Below are positions 26,894 through 36,782 of a DNA stretch of 64,000 bases, one piece after another; the stretch's first letter is position 1; the number at the start of each line of letters is the position of its first letter. Where the stretch lies: contig JAFATB010000025.1 of assembly GCA_019244185.1 (NCBI GenBank), positions 256,001 through 320,000 on the forward strand, given 5' to 3'. The position numbers were made by a program, and so were the translations under genes. The stretch is from Acidobacteriota bacterium (GTDB lineage: Bacteria > Acidobacteriota > Thermoanaerobaculia > Gp7-AA8). The notes under the pieces are model-generated. The model was not told the DNA's origin and did not search any database. It saw only the letters and a list, made by a program, of their open reading frames with translations.

Positions 26894-27625
26894 ATGGTCG
26901 TGTTCGCGATGTTGGCGCCGGTGCTCGCGTCGGCGGCCGTGAACACCGAAGTCACCGAAGAGATCGTGCTCGACAGCCCCTGCTCGAAGACCGAGCCGCA
27001 CGCGGTGTTGGATCCGCCAGCCTGCAGCGACTACGACTTCGACACGCCGCTGATCGATGCGCTCGGCCGCGGGGATCGCTCGTCCGCACCCGTGCTGCAA
27101 CAACGCTACGCGCAGGAGCTCACGCTTTCGGAGCGCCATCGCATCGCGGCCGCGCTCGTCGGCCATGTCGCAAACGACGCTCCATACTGGAACGAGGTCG
27201 CGGAGCACGCGGCGAACGCGATCCGCTTCGCCTACGTCGACGAGCGGCCGAACCCGGAGCTTGCGACGTGGTGCGCTGCGCGCGGATGGGAGCGGCATCG
27301 GTATTTCGACGTGGCGGTCTCCGCGCTCGCCTACGCCGGCCGCGATCCGCGCGGCCGTGCGCTCCTGCGGCGTGCCCTCCACAGTGAGAGCATCGACGTC
27401 GTCGAGGCGGCGGTCGTCAGCTTCGCGGCAGCCCATGACGAGAGCGTGCTGCCCGAGATCGAGGAAGCGATCGCACGCTGGCCGGAGGTCGACGAGCTCG
27501 CGCTCGCGCTGGTCGATTACGATTCGCCGGCCGCCGATGCCGTCGCCATGCGCGTACTCAGCGAGCCGGGCCGCGAAACCTACGCGGAGCTCGAGCAGCA
27601 CCAGCACGAGCCCCAGGACGAATAG
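26894..27625 (+). CDS. exported HEAT-like helical hypothetical protein
   Basis: Hydrophobic N-terminus ending ASA; helical repeats; start uncertain. Confidence 0.6.
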   Translation: MVVFAMLAPVLASAAVNTEVTEEIVLDSPCSKTEPHAVLDPPACSDYDFDTPLIDALGRGDRSSAPVLQQRYAQELTLSERHRIAAALVGHVANDAPYWNEVAEHAANAIRFAYVDERPNPELATWCAARGWERHRYFDVAVSALAYAGRDPRGRALLRRALHSESIDVVEAAVVSFAAAHDESVLPEIEEAIARWPEVDELALALVDYDSPAADAVAMRVLSEPGRETYAELEQHQHEPQDE

Positions 27626-27634
27626 ACTTCTCCC

Positions 27635-28717
27635 GTGCCCACCCTCACCACCCGCGCCCTCAATCGCGCCACGCTCGCGCGGCAACTGCTGTTGCGCCGT
27701 GAGGCGATCGGCGTCGTCGATGCGGTCGCGCGGCTCGCGGGGATGCAGGCGCAGGTGCCGAAGCCGCCATTCCTCGGGCTCTGGTCGCGCGTCGAAGGCT
27801 TCACGCGCGAGTCGCTGCGCGACGCCATCGCGCGACGCGAGCTCGTGCGCGCAACGCTCATGCGCGGGACGATTCATCTCGTCACGCGCGACGACTTTCT
27901 TGCCTTCCGTCCGGCCGTGCAGCCGGTGCTGACGGCCGGAAGGGAGGCGATCACGAAAGGCGGAGGTCCGATCGACGTCGCGTCCGTCGTCGCCGCGGGA
28001 CGCGCGTTCTTCGGTGCGCAGCCGCGGCCGTTCGACGCGCTGCGCAAGCATTTCGCGGCCACGCATCCCGATCGCAACGAACGCTTCCTCGCCTACGCCG
28101 TGCGCATGCATCTGCCGCTCGTGCTCGTGCCCGACGACTCGCGCTGGAGCTATGCGCCCGACGCAGACTTCGCCGTGGCCGAGACGTTCCTCGATACGCC
28201 CATCGCCGCCGAAGCATCCGCGCATTCGCTCGCAATACGCTACCTCGCCGCGTTCGGTCCCGCGACGCCCGCCGACTTTCAGGCGTGGTCGGGTCTCAAG
28301 AACGCGAAGCCGCTGTTCGAGGAGCTGCGCCCGCAACTCGTGACGTTCGGCGACAAGAAGCGCGAGCTGTTCGATCTGCCGGACGCGCCGCGTCCCGGCG
28401 AGGACGTCGACGCACCGGTGCGCTTCCTCCCCGAGTACGACAACCTCCTCCTCGCCCACGCCGACCGCACGCGGATCATCGACGACGAACATCGTCCGCT
28501 CGTCGTCACCAAAAACCTGCGCGTGTTGGCCACGTTCCTCGTCGACGGCGTCGTGGCGGGCACGTGGTCGATCGAGCGGAAGAAGAAGACCGCGACGCTC
28601 GTGCTCGCGCCGTTCGGCAAGCTCGCGAAACGCGATCGCGACGCGCTCGTCCACGAAGGCGAACAACTGCTGCGCTTCGCGGAAGACGACGCGACGACGT
28701 TCGCAGTGTCAGCGTGA
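27635..28717 (+). CDS. AlkZ-like (HTH_42) DNA glycosylase
   Basis: [39 protein letters not shown]. Confidence 0.88.
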   Translation: MPTLTTRALNRATLARQLLLRREAIGVVDAVARLAGMQAQVPKPPFLGLWSRVEGFTRESLRDAIARRELVRATLMRGTIHLVTRDDFLAFRPAVQPVLTAGREAITKGGGPIDVASVVAAGRAFFGAQPRPFDALRKHFAATHPDRNERFLAYAVRMHLPLVLVPDDSRWSYAPDADFAVAETFLDTPIAAEASAHSLAIRYLAAFGPATPADFQAWSGLKNAKPLFEELRPQLVTFGDKKRELFDLPDAPRPGEDVDAPVRFLPEYDNLLLAHADRTRIIDDEHRPLVVTKNLRVLATFLVDGVVAGTWSIERKKKTATLVLAPFGKLAKRDRDALVHEGEQLLRFAEDDATTFAVSA

Positions 28718-30355
28718 GCCGAGCGCCGCGCCGACCAGCGCCTGCGCTTCCGACTGCAGCGCGCGCAGATGCTCCTCGCTGATGAAGCTCTCCGCGTAGA
28801 TCTTGTAGATGTTCTCCGTGCCCGACGGCCGCGCCGCGAACCAGCCGTTGCGCGTGGCGACTTTCAACCCGCCAATGGCGTTGCCGTCGCCGGGCGCCTT
28901 CGTGAGGATCGCCTCGATCGGATCGCCGGCGAGCTCCTGCGCGCGCACCTGTTCGGGCGCGAGCTTGCCGAGGAGCGACTTCTGTTCCGGCGTCGTGGGC
29001 GCGTCGGTGCGCGCGTAGAACGTCGCGCCGTGCCGCGCGACGAGCGCGTCGTACAGCTCGCCCGGATCACGTCCTGTGCGCGCCGTCATCTCCGCGGCGA
29101 GGAGGCCGAGGAGAATGCCGTCCTTGTCGGTCGTCCAGACCGAGCCGTCGCGGCGGAGGAACGACGCGCCCGCGCTCTCCTCGCCGCCGAAGCCGAGCGT
29201 GCCCGCGAGCAGCCCGTCGACGAACCACTTGAAGCCGACCGGCACCTCGTACAAACGCCGCCCGAGCTGCGCGGCCACACGATCGATGAGACTGCTGCTC
29301 ACCACCGTCTTCCCCACCGCGGCCTCCGCGCTCCACTGCGGGCGATTCGCAAACAGATAGTCGATGGCGACGGCGAGGTAGTGATTCGGATTGAGCAGCC
29401 CCGCGCTCGGCGTGACGATGCCGTGGCGGTCGTTGTCGGTGTCGTTGCCGAACGCGACGTCGAAACGCTCGCGCAGCGCGATGAGCCCCGCCATCGCGAA
29501 CGGCGACGAGCAGTCCATGCGGATGCGGCCGTCCCAGTCGAGCGTCATGAAGCGGAACGTCGGATCGACGGAGCGGTTGACGATGTCGACGTCGAGGCCG
29601 TAGCGCTCGCGGATGACGTCCCAGTACGCGACGCCGGCGCCGCCGAGCGGATCGACGCCGATGCGCACGCCCGCCGCGCGCACCGCGTCGAGATCGATCG
29701 CGTTGCCGAGGTCCGCGGTGTACGCCGCGATGTAATCGTGACGGTGCGTGGTCGCCGCGTGAAGCGCATCGCGGAACGGCATGCGATGGATGCGCAGCGG
29801 CTCGGCCATCAGCGCGTTCGCCGCTTCCTCGATCGCTTTCGTCGCGGCGGTGCCCGACGGTCCGCCATGCGGCGGGTTGTATTTGAAACCGCCGTCCTCG
29901 GGCGGATTGTGCGACGGCGTGACCACGATGCCGTCGGCGAGTCCGCTGCCGCGGCCGCGGTTGTATGTGAGGATCGCGTGCGAGATGACCGGCGTCGGCG
30001 TGTAGCCGCGCTGCGCGTCGATCATCACCTCGACGCCGTTCGCCGCGAGCACCTCCATCGCGGAGACGAACGCCGGCTCGGAGAGCGCGTGCGTGTCGAT
30101 GCCGAGGTACAGCGGGCCGTTGATGTGCTCCGCGCGACGGTAGTCGCAGATGGCCTGCGTGGTCGCGAGGATGTGCAATTCGTTGAACGCGACGTGCAGC
30201 GCGGAGCCGCGATGGCCGGAGGTGCCGAAGGCGACGCGCTGCTCGCGCACGTTCGGGTCGGGGCGCTCGGCGTAGTACGCGGCGACGAGGCGCGGCACGT
30301 TGATGAGGAGGTCGTCGGTCGGGCGCGTGCCCGGCTGCGCGGCGGTCGTGGCCAT
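28709..30355 (-). CDS. pgm: phosphoglucomutase
   Basis: [35 protein letters not shown]. Confidence 0.96.
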   Translation of the reverse strand: MATTAAQPGTRPTDDLLINVPRLVAAYYAERPDPNVREQRVAFGTSGHRGSALHVAFNELHILATTQAICDYRRAEHINGPLYLGIDTHALSEPAFVSAMEVLAANGVEVMIDAQRGYTPTPVISHAILTYNRGRGSGLADGIVVTPSHNPPEDGGFKYNPPHGGPSGTAATKAIEEAANALMAEPLRIHRMPFRDALHAATTHRHDYIAAYTADLGNAIDLDAVRAAGVRIGVDPLGGAGVAYWDVIRERYGLDVDIVNRSVDPTFRFMTLDWDGRIRMDCSSPFAMAGLIALRERFDVAFGNDTDNDRHGIVTPSAGLLNPNHYLAVAIDYLFANRPQWSAEAAVGKTVVSSSLIDRVAAQLGRRLYEVPVGFKWFVDGLLAGTLGFGGEESAGASFLRRDGSVWTTDKDGILLGLLAAEMTARTGRDPGELYDALVARHGATFYARTDAPTTPEQKSLLGKLAPEQVRAQELAGDPIEAILTKAPGDGNAIGGLKVATRNGWFAARPSGTENIYKIYAESFISEEHLRALQSEAQALVGAALGSR

Positions 30356-30400
30356 GCGGCGGAGCATATGCCACGCGGCGAACTGTGGTAATCCTTCTCC

Positions 30401-31093
30401 ATGCCCGATGCCTCGCTGCGCACCACGCGCCTCTACCTCGTACGCCACGGCGCGACGCAACTGACGGCCGAGGATCGCTTCTCCGGCGCGAATGGCGCCG
30501 AGCTCTCCGCGGACGGCCGCGCGCAGGCCGAGCTCCTCGGCGAACGCCTGCGCCGCGAGAACATCGCCGCCGCGTACTGCAGCCCGCTCTCGCGCACCGT
30601 CGAGACCGCGCGCCTGATCGTGGCACGCTGCGGGTTGACAGCGTCAACCTCTGACGGCCTACGCGAGATCAGCCACGGCCATTGGGAAGGACTCTCGCGC
30701 GCGGAAGTCGAACAGCGCTACGGCGCGGAGTACGCGGCGTGGGAAGCGGATCCGTTCACGTTCGCGCCGGAAGGCGGCGAATCTGGCGTCGAGGTGCTCG
30801 CGCGCGCGCTGCCGGCGCTCCGCGAGATCGTGACGCGGCATCCCGGCGAGCGCGTGCTGGTCGTCTCGCACAAAGCGACGATCCGTCTGCTCCTCAGCAG
30901 CCTTCTCGGCATCGACGCGCGCGGCTACCGCGACCGTCTCGATCAGGCGCCGGCGTGCCTCAACGTGCTCGACTTCCGCGGCGTCACGCAGCCGCGGCTC
31001 ATGCTCTTCAACGACACCTCGCATTACTCCGAGAAGCCGCGCCTCGCGACGCACTCGCTGTCGAAGTGGTGGGACGAGCGCGGCGCGTCGTAG
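30401..31093 (+). CDS. histidine phosphatase family protein
   Basis: [24 protein letters not shown]. Confidence 0.9.
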   Translation: MPDASLRTTRLYLVRHGATQLTAEDRFSGANGAELSADGRAQAELLGERLRRENIAAAYCSPLSRTVETARLIVARCGLTASTSDGLREISHGHWEGLSRAEVEQRYGAEYAAWEADPFTFAPEGGESGVEVLARALPALREIVTRHPGERVLVVSHKATIRLLLSSLLGIDARGYRDRLDQAPACLNVLDFRGVTQPRLMLFNDTSHYSEKPRLATHSLSKWWDERGAS

Positions 31094-31135
31094 CGCGGCC
31101 AGCTGGCACGCATCCCGAACCGCGCGTCTCCGTTC

Positions 31136-31828
31136 ATGTTGCGCCGGATGCAAATCGTTCTGCTCGTCGTGTCGCTGGCCGCGCTCGCCTGCGATGCGCC
31201 GCGCGATCCGGAAGAGACGCTGACGCGCGTGCGCCGCGGCGGCGTGCTCAACGCGGGTGCGTCCGAGGATCCGCCGTTTCTCGTGCGGCGCGGCGATGAT
31301 GCGGTCGGGATCGAGGCCGCGCTCATCAAAGACTTCGCAGCGCGGAACGGCGCGCACGTGCATTGGGTGTGGGGCGCGCAGGAGACGCAGTTCCGCGCGC
31401 TGGAGAAGTATCAGCTCGATCTCGTTGCCGGCGCCGTGAGCGCGAAGACGCTGTGGAAGAAGCGCGTCGCGGTGACGCGGCCGTATCTCGAGTCGACGAC
31501 GATCCTCGCCTGCCGGCGCGGCGTCGTGCCGCCCACGGACCTGCGCGACGTGGAAGTGGCCATCGAAGACGGCGATCCGATCGGCGCCGAGATCGAGAAG
31601 CAGCACGGCAACGTGAAGCGCATGCATCCGCTCGACGTGAATCAGAACGTGGTCGCCGGCAACCGTACGCGCATCCTCGGACTCGGCTACGTGTTCGTCG
31701 AAACGCTGCAGCGCGAGAAGCGCTCGCTCGCGACGGCGCCCGGCGAGAACGCGTTCCTGCAGGCGCTCGAGGTGTTTCTCGCGCAACGTCACGACGCGAT
31801 CGCAAACGCCGCGGGGGAGCAGCCGTGA
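31136..31828 (+). CDS. substrate-binding-protein-like lipoprotein
   Basis: Lipobox ALAC, PRDPEETL, GENAFL. Confidence 0.75.
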   Translation: MLRRMQIVLLVVSLAALACDAPRDPEETLTRVRRGGVLNAGASEDPPFLVRRGDDAVGIEAALIKDFAARNGAHVHWVWGAQETQFRALEKYQLDLVAGAVSAKTLWKKRVAVTRPYLESTTILACRRGVVPPTDLRDVEVAIEDGDPIGAEIEKQHGNVKRMHPLDVNQNVVAGNRTRILGLGYVFVETLQREKRSLATAPGENAFLQALEVFLAQRHDAIANAAGEQP

Positions 31829-32766
31829 AAGCGCGTCCGCGCGTCGAGCTGCCGCCGGACGTCGAGGCGACGTTCGCCCGCGCGATGCGGCTCGAATGGC
31901 TCTCGCTCGTGCTCATGATCTCGACGGCCGTGCTCGTGTACGCGACCATCAGCCATTCGCAGGCAATGAAGGCCGTGTTCGTCGAGGACGCCCTGTCGCT
32001 CATCCCGCCGATCGCGTTTCTCATCACCGGCCGCATCCGCTGGCGCACGCCGAACGAGCGCTTTCCGTACGGCTATCACCGCAGCGTCACCATCGGCTAT
32101 CTCTGCTCAGCCGTCGCGCTGCTCTCGCTCGGACTGCTGATTCTCTTCGAGGCGCTGATGACGCTCGTGCATCGGGAGCATCCGAGCATCGGCGTCCTCG
32201 GTCTCTTCGGGCATCAGATCTGGATCGGCTGGCTCGCCTATCCCGTGCTGCTCTACTCGATCGCGTGCGAGTACACGATGGGTCGCATGAAGCAGCCGCT
32301 CGCGAAGGAGCTGCACGACAAGACGCTCGCCGCCGATGGCCGGATGAACCGCGCCGACTGGATGACCGGCGTGGCGGCGATGCTCGGCATGACCGGCATC
32401 GCGTTCGGGTGGTGGTGGGCGGACGCCGTGACCGCCGCGCTGATCGCGTTCGAGATCGTGCGCGACGGCTGGGAGAATCTGAAGGAAGTCCTCACGGACA
32501 TCATGGATGAAGTGCCGACGAAAGCGGATGAGGAAGAGCGCGCGGACTGGGCCGCGAAACTGCGCGACCACGTGCGCGGCCTCGACTGGGTCCGCGACGC
32601 CGACGTCCGCCTGCGCGAGGAAGGCAACCTCTTCACCGGCGAGGTGTACGTCGTCCCGCGCACGCTCGATCGCGCCGAGGAGCGCGGCGCGGAGCTGATC
32701 CGCTCCGCGCGCGCGCTCGACTGGCGGTTTTACGAGCTGGAGCTCGTGCTCGTCGAGAAGCTATAG
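31825..32766 (+). CDS. cation diffusion facilitator family transporter (atypical)
   Basis: GTG overlaps the upstream TGA; FPYGYHR, LAADGRMNRADW, GWWWAD. Confidence 0.85.
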   Translation: MKARPRVELPPDVEATFARAMRLEWLSLVLMISTAVLVYATISHSQAMKAVFVEDALSLIPPIAFLITGRIRWRTPNERFPYGYHRSVTIGYLCSAVALLSLGLLILFEALMTLVHREHPSIGVLGLFGHQIWIGWLAYPVLLYSIACEYTMGRMKQPLAKELHDKTLAADGRMNRADWMTGVAAMLGMTGIAFGWWWADAVTAALIAFEIVRDGWENLKEVLTDIMDEVPTKADEEERADWAAKLRDHVRGLDWVRDADVRLREEGNLFTGEVYVVPRTLDRAEERGAELIRSARALDWRFYELELVLVEKL

Positions 32767-33204
32767 CAGCAGCGCGCCGCGGCTCTCGAGGTACGCGCGC
32801 GCCTCGCTTTCGGTGAAGCCGCCGCCACCGCCGCTCCCCGTCCAGCTGATCGTGACGGAATTCGTCGAGTTCGCCGGCAACGTGCCGATGGTCGACGACG
32901 TGCCGTTGCTCGGCGTCATGGTCACGTTCACGACCTCGGGGATCGCCACGGCCGGCTGCAGCGTGCCGCTGAGCGACGTGCCGGGCACGTAGCCGTACGC
33001 CTGCACCGTCGTGCCGGCCGGCATCGAGAAATTGAACGTGTTGACGTAGGCGGTCCCGTTGCTGTTCCCGTTCGCGCCGGTGAACGTGAAGACGCCGCCG
33101 GAAATCGCCGTCGCCTCCTGGAAGGAGGTCAGCAGGCCCAACGCCGGCAGGCTCGCCGCGGTCAGCGCGATGTTGAGAAGGTTCGCTGTGGATTCGCTGG
33201 ACAT
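32761..33204 (-). CDS. hypothetical Thr/Ser/Gly/Asn-rich protein B
   Basis: AAAGGAG RBS; 147-aa ORF with non-shadow amino-acid composition. Confidence 0.8.
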   Translation of the reverse strand: MSSESTANLLNIALTAASLPALGLLTSFQEATAISGGVFTFTGANGNSNGTAYVNTFNFSMPAGTTVQAYGYVPGTSLSGTLQPAVAIPEVVNVTMTPSNGTSSTIGTLPANSTNSVTISWTGSGGGGGFTESEARAYLESRGALLL

Positions 33205-33219
33205 GGCTGACTCCTTTCC

Positions 33220-33660
33220 TCAAGCGGCGTTGGCCGCGATGTCGGCGGCGAAGAAGGCCATCGCTTCTTCCGCCGTGTAGGTGCGTGCATCCGCCGGAAT
33301 CGTATAGGCGAACGTCATGTGCGTGTCACCGGCTGACAGCGTCGTCACAGGGTTGGGCGGGTTCGTGCCGATCTGCCGCAACGGGACGTCGACCGTCAGC
33401 GCGGACGACGCGGCGACCGTGCCGCCGATGAGCGTCACCGACGTCGGCACGGAGAAATTGAGCGACCCCTTATTCGTCCCCGACGGGAACACGAATCCGG
33501 CGTTCGACGGCGTGAGCATGACGCCGTAGGTCCCGACCGTCGTCGCGCTCCAGGAGCCGCCCGCCATCGGAGAGTTGTTCAGGTTGACGCCGATTCCGTT
33601 TTGAGCCGTCAGGTCACTCGATGGAACGGACAACTGAAACACATAGTAGGTGTTCGCCAT
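33220..33660 (-). CDS. hypothetical Thr/Ser/Gly/Asn-rich protein A
   Basis: GAGGAGG RBS; 146-aa ORF resembling its neighbour. Confidence 0.8.
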   Translation of the reverse strand: MANTYYVFQLSVPSSDLTAQNGIGVNLNNSPMAGGSWSATTVGTYGVMLTPSNAGFVFPSGTNKGSLNFSVPTSVTLIGGTVAASSALTVDVPLRQIGTNPPNPVTTLSAGDTHMTFAYTIPADARTYTAEEAMAFFAADIAANAA

Positions 33661-33727
33661 GGCTAACTCGTCCTCCTCTCGTTCTAGGAGTGCCGGGCTG
33701 GACCGAAATCCCTACCCGCCGCGCGCG

Positions 33728-34057
33728 CTACCGCTTCACGCGATAGCCGAGCTTCGCCAGTTCCGCGGCCACTTTTTCCGCGTGATCGCCCTGGATCTCG
33801 ATCTCGCCATCCTTCGCGGTGCCGCCGGAGCCGCACTTTTTCTTCAGCGTCTTCGCGACTTGCTCGAGCGTCGACGGCGTGTGCTGGAATCCCGCGGCGA
33901 CGGTGACGGTCTTGCCGGCGCGGCGCTTGCGGTCGAGCGCGACGCGCACGGTCTGCTTCGACGGCTCGACGTCTTTCGGCGTCTCCAGCTTCCCTTCATT
34001 CCGCAACTGCTTCGCCGCCTCGGGATCGCTGGTCCAGACGAGCTTCGTATCGGCCAT
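33728..34057 (-). CDS. yciH: SUI1/YciH translation initiation factor
   Basis: RAGKTVT, LKKKCGSGGTAKDGEIEIQGDH. Confidence 0.9.
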   Translation of the reverse strand: MADTKLVWTSDPEAAKQLRNEGKLETPKDVEPSKQTVRVALDRKRRAGKTVTVAAGFQHTPSTLEQVAKTLKKKCGSGGTAKDGEIEIQGDHAEKVAAELAKLGYRVKR

Positions 34058-34080
34058 ACCTTCGCTACTCTACGCGAAGC

Positions 34081-34917
34081 ATGGACGATCTCGATTCCTA
34101 TCGCGGCTGGCGACGTCCCGGTCCGCGTCCGCCCGGCGGCGTCGCGCCCGACGACGGCGAGACGCTCGATTTTCTCTGCGGACACTTCCGCATTTTTCAG
34201 TACACGAAAGGACATCGCTACTCGACCGACGACGTGCTCACCGCGTGGTACGGCACGACGCACGCGCCGCGCGTCGATCGCGCCGCGGACCTCGGCTCGG
34301 GCATCGGCTCCGTCGCGCTGATCTCCGCGTGGCGGCTGCCCGGCGCGCGCTTCTGCACGGTCGAGGCGCAGGAGCGTTCGCTTGCGCTCGCGAAGAAGAG
34401 CATCCGCTACAACGGTCTCGAAGATCGCTTCACGCTCTTTCACGGCGATCTGCGCGACGCATCCGTTCTCGCAAATGAAGCTCCGTTCGATCTCGTGACC
34501 GGATCGCCGCCGTACTTTCCGCCCGGCACCGCGACGGAAGCGCGGCATCCGCAGGCGGTGCCCGCGCGCATCGAAGTGCGCGGCTCGGTGGCCGATTACG
34601 CGGACGCGGCGGCGCGCATCCTCGCGCCGGGCGGCCTCTTCGCGTTCGTCTTTCCGACGGCGCAGCTCGCGCGTGTGCACGAAGCGGTCGACGCCGCGCA
34701 CCTCGCGCTCATCCGCCGCCGCGACATCGTCTTTCGCGACGGCGACGCGCCGCTGATCACGCTCTTCGCGGCGTCGCGCGCGATCGACATTCCGCCGACG
34801 TACCGCGCGTTCGTCGAGCCGCCGCTGACGATCCGCACGCGCGACGGCGGCGTCGATCCCGAGTACTCCGCGATCCGCATGAGCTTCGGCTTCCCGCCCG
34901 GCAACGTGCCGGCGTGA
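34081..34917 (+). CDS. SAM-dependent N-methyltransferase (tRNA m6A37 methyltransferase-like)
   Basis: GHRYSTDD, DLGSGIGS, SPPYF. Confidence 0.8.
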   Translation: MDDLDSYRGWRRPGPRPPGGVAPDDGETLDFLCGHFRIFQYTKGHRYSTDDVLTAWYGTTHAPRVDRAADLGSGIGSVALISAWRLPGARFCTVEAQERSLALAKKSIRYNGLEDRFTLFHGDLRDASVLANEAPFDLVTGSPPYFPPGTATEARHPQAVPARIEVRGSVADYADAAARILAPGGLFAFVFPTAQLARVHEAVDAAHLALIRRRDIVFRDGDAPLITLFAASRAIDIPPTYRAFVEPPLTIRTRDGGVDPEYSAIRMSFGFPPGNVPA

Positions 34918-34918
34918 G

Positions 34919-35371
34919 TCAGACGCCGCTCGTCGTCGGAACGCCGGGAAGCTCGGCCGGCAGCGTGAAGTGCGCGTGCTCGCGCTGCCACAGCATCGCG
35001 CTGATCCACCAGCGTCCGTGCTGCCGGTACAGTTGAATGCTTTTGATCGCGCGGCCGAGCGGCTCGCCGTCGCGCGACGTGCGCGTCGCGTAGCCGCTGA
35101 GCACGTGAGCGACGTCGCCGAACGCGTGCGTCTCGCGCGACACCTCGCCTTCCCAGAAACTGCGCAGCGCGCCGGACGCGATCTTCGTTTCGAGATCGCG
35201 GCGGAAGCTCCCCGGATCGAACGCGAACACGCCGTCAGCGGTCACGCGCACGAGCCGCGCGCCCGGCGCGAACAGCTCCGCGTGCGCCTCCCAATCGGGC
35301 TGGCTGCCTTCTTCAAAGCACATCGACGCGTACATCGCCGTGATGACTTCGTCGAGAGAGTTCGCGCGCAT
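34919..35371 (-). CDS. NTF2-like hypothetical protein
   Basis: FGDVAHVLSGY and SIQL...GRWWISAMLW. Confidence 0.7.
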   Translation of the reverse strand: MRANSLDEVITAMYASMCFEEGSQPDWEAHAELFAPGARLVRVTADGVFAFDPGSFRRDLETKIASGALRSFWEGEVSRETHAFGDVAHVLSGYATRTSRDGEPLGRAIKSIQLYRQHGRWWISAMLWQREHAHFTLPAELPGVPTTSGV

Positions 35372-35408
35372 CGCGGGCGCATCGTACAACGCGCCGCGGA
35401 GCGCTCAT

Positions 35409-36728
35409 TCACCCCGCGAAGATGCGCGCCAGCGCCGCGGCCTGCTCGCGAATCTCCGGAATGGCGATTGACTCCCAGAGCGCGGGGCGGCGCAGTGTGC
35501 CGAGGGTGAAGAGGCCTTCGACGGGGGTGCCGTGCACGTCGAGCAGGCGTCCGTCGGGATCGGTCTCGACGCCGAGGCCGTGCGGGTCGGGGACGAGCCA
35601 GCCGTTGCGGCGGAGCTGGACGACGAGCGGCAGATCGACGCGCGCGTAGTCGGTCGCGGGGCCGGTGCAGTTGATCGCGCGCGCGACGCGCAGCGTCGTC
35701 TCCTCATCGCTCCCCGCGCGGCGCCACGTCACGTCCAGCCCGCCGTCGACGGGCGTGAGGCGCACCAGGCGTCCACGCTCGATGCGCAGCGCGCCGCTCG
35801 CGAGCATTTCCTCCACCGCCTTCGCCACCTCGGGCGCCGCGCGCGAGCGATGCACGTCCCACAGGTTGCGCGCGTGCCGCAGGAACGACGCGCGCTGCGC
35901 GCGGCTCCAGCGCTGCCAGATGGCGGGCGTGTGCGAGCGGAGGCTGTCGACGACGGCGCGGAAGTCGTGTCCTTCCGCGAGGCGTTCGCGGATCCAGCGC
36001 AGCGCGGCGCGCGGCGACGCGAGGTCGGGCGTGCCTTCGATCGGCCGCGGCGGCGAGGTCGCGTGCGGACGCGGCAGACGTCCGCGCCGCGAGAGTGCGA
36101 TCAGCGGGCCGCGATGTCCTTCCGCGCGCAGCGCGAGCGCGAGGTCGACCATCGTGAGGCCCGTGCCGACGAGCAGCACCGGCGCGTCGGGCGCGAGTCC
36201 GTAGACCGCGCCCGCGCCCCATGGATCGCGCACGTACTCGACCGGCGCGTCGTCGCCGAGGTGCAGCGGATCGTGCGGCGGGAGATTGCCGAGGGCGAGG
36301 AGGACGTTGCGCGCCTCGAGCACGCGGCCGTCGCCGAGGTGCACGAGCCAGACGGACTCGCGGCGCGTGAGACCGATCGCGGTGCCGCCGACGCGCTCCA
36401 CGTGAGCGGCGATCGCCTCGTCGTGCAACAGTTCGGACAAATACGCGCCGTACAGCGGACGCGGTGCGAAGGTCGACGCGTTCGCGCCGGGCAGATGCGC
36501 GCGCAGCCAGCGCACGAAATGTTCGGGATCGTCGGGCAACGCGGACATGCGCGAGGCCGGCACGTTCAGCAGATGCGCGCCGTACGGCGTGCCGTAGGCG
36601 AGGCCGCGCGCGGCGCGTGCGCCGGCTTCGATGAGCGCGCCGCGCGCGCCCGGTTTCGCGGCGCGTCCATACTGGACGGCCGTCAGGGTTCCGCTCGCGC
36701 CCGCACCGATGATGGCCACGTCGAACAT
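35409..36728 (-). CDS. FAD/NAD(P)-binding protein
   Basis: IGAGASG, LLNVPASRMSA, GTGLTMVD, INCTGP, WESIAIPEIR. Confidence 0.88.
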   Translation of the reverse strand: MFDVAIIGAGASGTLTAVQYGRAAKPGARGALIEAGARAARGLAYGTPYGAHLLNVPASRMSALPDDPEHFVRWLRAHLPGANASTFAPRPLYGAYLSELLHDEAIAAHVERVGGTAIGLTRRESVWLVHLGDGRVLEARNVLLALGNLPPHDPLHLGDDAPVEYVRDPWGAGAVYGLAPDAPVLLVGTGLTMVDLALALRAEGHRGPLIALSRRGRLPRPHATSPPRPIEGTPDLASPRAALRWIRERLAEGHDFRAVVDSLRSHTPAIWQRWSRAQRASFLRHARNLWDVHRSRAAPEVAKAVEEMLASGALRIERGRLVRLTPVDGGLDVTWRRAGSDEETTLRVARAINCTGPATDYARVDLPLVVQLRRNGWLVPDPHGLGVETDPDGRLLDVHGTPVEGLFTLGTLRRPALWESIAIPEIREQAAALARIFAG

Positions 36729-36782
36729 TCGGGAAGCGGATGATAAAGGTTCGCGGTTGTGATGCGTTCGACAGGAGGTGTC

